Positions 62,283 through 64,000 of a stretch of 64,000 nt of DNA are shown piece after piece (positions within the stretch are counted from its first letter, which is position 1; each line of letters begins with the position of its first letter). The translations under genes were made by a program, and so were the position numbers. Source of the stretch: an uncultured Armatimonadetes bacterium (GTDB taxonomy: Bacteria; Armatimonadota; UBA5829; DTJY01); assembly GCA_963717145.1 (NCBI GenBank), contig OY970325.1, positions 3,296,001 to 3,360,000 on the forward strand. The letters are read 5' to 3'. Under the pieces are notes generated by a model. That model saw nothing but the letters and a program-made list of their open reading frames with translations, was not told the DNA's origin and made no database searches.

Positions 62283-63062
62283 ATGAAGATACTAAGCTGC
62301 AATATCCGGGTCGACGTGAAGGAAGACAGCGATACGGGCAACGGCTGGGACGACCGGAAGGGCCTCTGCCTGGAGGTCATCCGCGCGCAGAACGCCGACC
62401 TCATCTGCTTTCAGGAGTGCAGGGCGGCTCATTACCAGTATCTGAAAAATGGGCTGCCTGAGTACGAGAGCTTCGGTCTGGCGAACCCCGATGCGGTCTT
62501 CAACCCCGGAAACGCGATCTTCTTCTCCCGAGCCCGATTCGAGATTGTCTCAGCCGGGGGATTCTGGCTGTCGGAGACGCCGCACATCGCAGGGTCGCAA
62601 TCGTGGGACTCGGCGCGTCCGAGGTTCGTCAACTACGTCGATCTCAGGGAGCGCGATTCCGGTCGGGAGTTCAGGGTGTGGAACGGCCACCTCGACCATA
62701 TCGGCCAGGTTGCTCGTGAGAATCAGGCGCGGCTCATCGTGGAGGGCGCCTTTGCCCTGCCCGAGGACTTCCCGCAGTTCTTCACCGCCGACTGCAATGC
62801 CGATGCCTCGAATCCCGCGGTTCAGAACGTGATCGCCGGCGGATGGATCGATACCTGGGCGACAGTGAACGGCCCGGACGACCCGGGAATCACCTACCAC
62901 AGGTTCATGGGACCCGGATACGACGGGAAGACGAAGGGGAAGATCGACTTCATCTTCAGCCGCGGTCCGGTCGAGGTGCTCGCCGCCGAGATTATCCGTG
63001 ACAGCCGGGATGGGCATTACCCGAGCGATCACTATTTCCTGTCCGTTGAGGTGAGGATCTGA
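62283..63062 (+). CDS. Endonuclease/exonuclease/phosphatase family protein
   Basis: SCNIR, DLICFQE, FWLSETP, IDFIF, YPSDH. Confidence 0.9.
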   Translation: MKILSCNIRVDVKEDSDTGNGWDDRKGLCLEVIRAQNADLICFQECRAAHYQYLKNGLPEYESFGLANPDAVFNPGNAIFFSRARFEIVSAGGFWLSETPHIAGSQSWDSARPRFVNYVDLRERDSGREFRVWNGHLDHIGQVARENQARLIVEGAFALPEDFPQFFTADCNADASNPAVQNVIAGGWIDTWATVNGPDDPGITYHRFMGPGYDGKTKGKIDFIFSRGPVEVLAAEIIRDSRDGHYPSDHYFLSVEVRI

Positions 63063-63065
63063 CCG

Positions 63066-63857
63066 ATGAGCAATCAACTGAAGATCATCTGCTGCAATAT
63101 CCGCGTGGATAATCAGGCGGACGCGAAGGCGGGAAATGGCTGGAGCGACCGCAAGGGCATCTGTGTCGAGGTCATGTACGGCCAGCACGCGGACGTCATC
63201 TGCCTGCAGGAGTGCAAAGGGAATCAATACGAGGACCTGAAGCACGGGCTTCCCATGTTCGACGGCTACGGGCTCTCCAACACCGAGAAGGGCTTCAACC
63301 CGTCGAATGCGATCCTGTACCTGCGAACCCGCTTCGACTTGATAACGGCGGGAGGGCACTGGCTCTCGGAATCGCCTCATGTAGCGAGTTCGAAGTCGTG
63401 GGACTCCTCTCTGCCGCGGTTCGTCAACTGGGTCCATCTCAGGGACCGAACTTCCAAGCGGGAGTTCCGGGTCTGGAACGGGCACTTCGATCATATCGGT
63501 CAGGTCGCCCGAGTAAACCAGGCACGGCTGGTCGTCGAGGGCGCGCAGGCCCTCCCGGAGGACCTCCCCCAGTTCTTCACCGCCGACTGCAATGCGGACG
63601 CCTCGAATCCCGCGATCGACGTGTTGAAGAAGGGCGGATGGACGGACACCTATACCGCCGTCCACGGGCCGGAGGACCCGGGGTTCACGTTTCACGGGTT
63701 CATCGGCCCGAAGTATGTGGCCAAGGTGGGCAAGATAGACTTCGTCTTCTGCCGGGGGCCGGTCAAGCCCAAGGCAGCGGAGATCATACGCGATTCCCGG
63801 AATGGCCGGTATCCGAGCGACCATTACTTCGTGTCGGCCGAGGTGACGCTTGAGTAA
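63066..63857 (+). CDS. Endonuclease/exonuclease/phosphatase family protein (paralog)
   Basis: CNIR, DVICLQE, WLSESP, IDFVF, YPSDH. Confidence 0.9.
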   Translation: MSNQLKIICCNIRVDNQADAKAGNGWSDRKGICVEVMYGQHADVICLQECKGNQYEDLKHGLPMFDGYGLSNTEKGFNPSNAILYLRTRFDLITAGGHWLSESPHVASSKSWDSSLPRFVNWVHLRDRTSKREFRVWNGHFDHIGQVARVNQARLVVEGAQALPEDLPQFFTADCNADASNPAIDVLKKGGWTDTYTAVHGPEDPGFTFHGFIGPKYVAKVGKIDFVFCRGPVKPKAAEIIRDSRNGRYPSDHYFVSAEVTLE

Positions 63858-64000
63858 GGACGTTGAGAGAACCGAAGTGGACGTCCTGGTGGTCGGCGGA
63901 GGCCCCTCCGGGATCATCGCCGCCCTCGCAGCCGCTCAGAGCGGACTGAAGGTGGCACTGGTCGAGCAGCGGGGGTACGTCGGGGGCAATCTGACGATCG
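63850..64000 (+). CDS. FAD-dependent oxidoreductase (partial)
   Basis: TTG start; [26 protein letters not shown]...VGG. Confidence 0.85.
   Translation, partial: MSKDVERTEVDVLVVGGGPSGIIAALAAAQSGLKVALVEQRGYVGGNLTI

Overview
GC-rich bacterial chromosomal window. Gene content (sigH, yabN/mazG, VanW, DUF6785-type membrane protein, prepilin-type proteins, many secreted glycan enzymes) suggests Armatimonadota; this is inference only. Core genes: sigH-tRNAs(Thr,Tyr,Thr)-tuf-rpmG-tRNA-Trp-secE-nusG-rplK-rplA, glgA, a fliA/whiG-type sigma factor, tldD/pmbA, metX-metW, hcp with an Rrf2 regulator, nadE, and radA-nadA-nadC-birA. Accessory content: a sugar catabolism operon, secreted glycan enzymes, one DDE insertion sequence and a papain-like protease/partner pair. 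Several genes (tuf, hcp, glgA, tldD, prsA-like, transketolase, two glycoside hydrolases) carry indels that look like assembly errors. The most striking signal is a dense system of small palindromic REP/REPIN-like elements. One family sits in frame (63 bp, 21 aa) inside two proteins. Another family, with covarying TCTG-loop hairpins, brackets metX and metW six times. Several elements extend their palindrome into locus-specific flanking DNA. Separately, a secreted-protein gene lies between two diverged copies of a neighbouring gene's 3' end.
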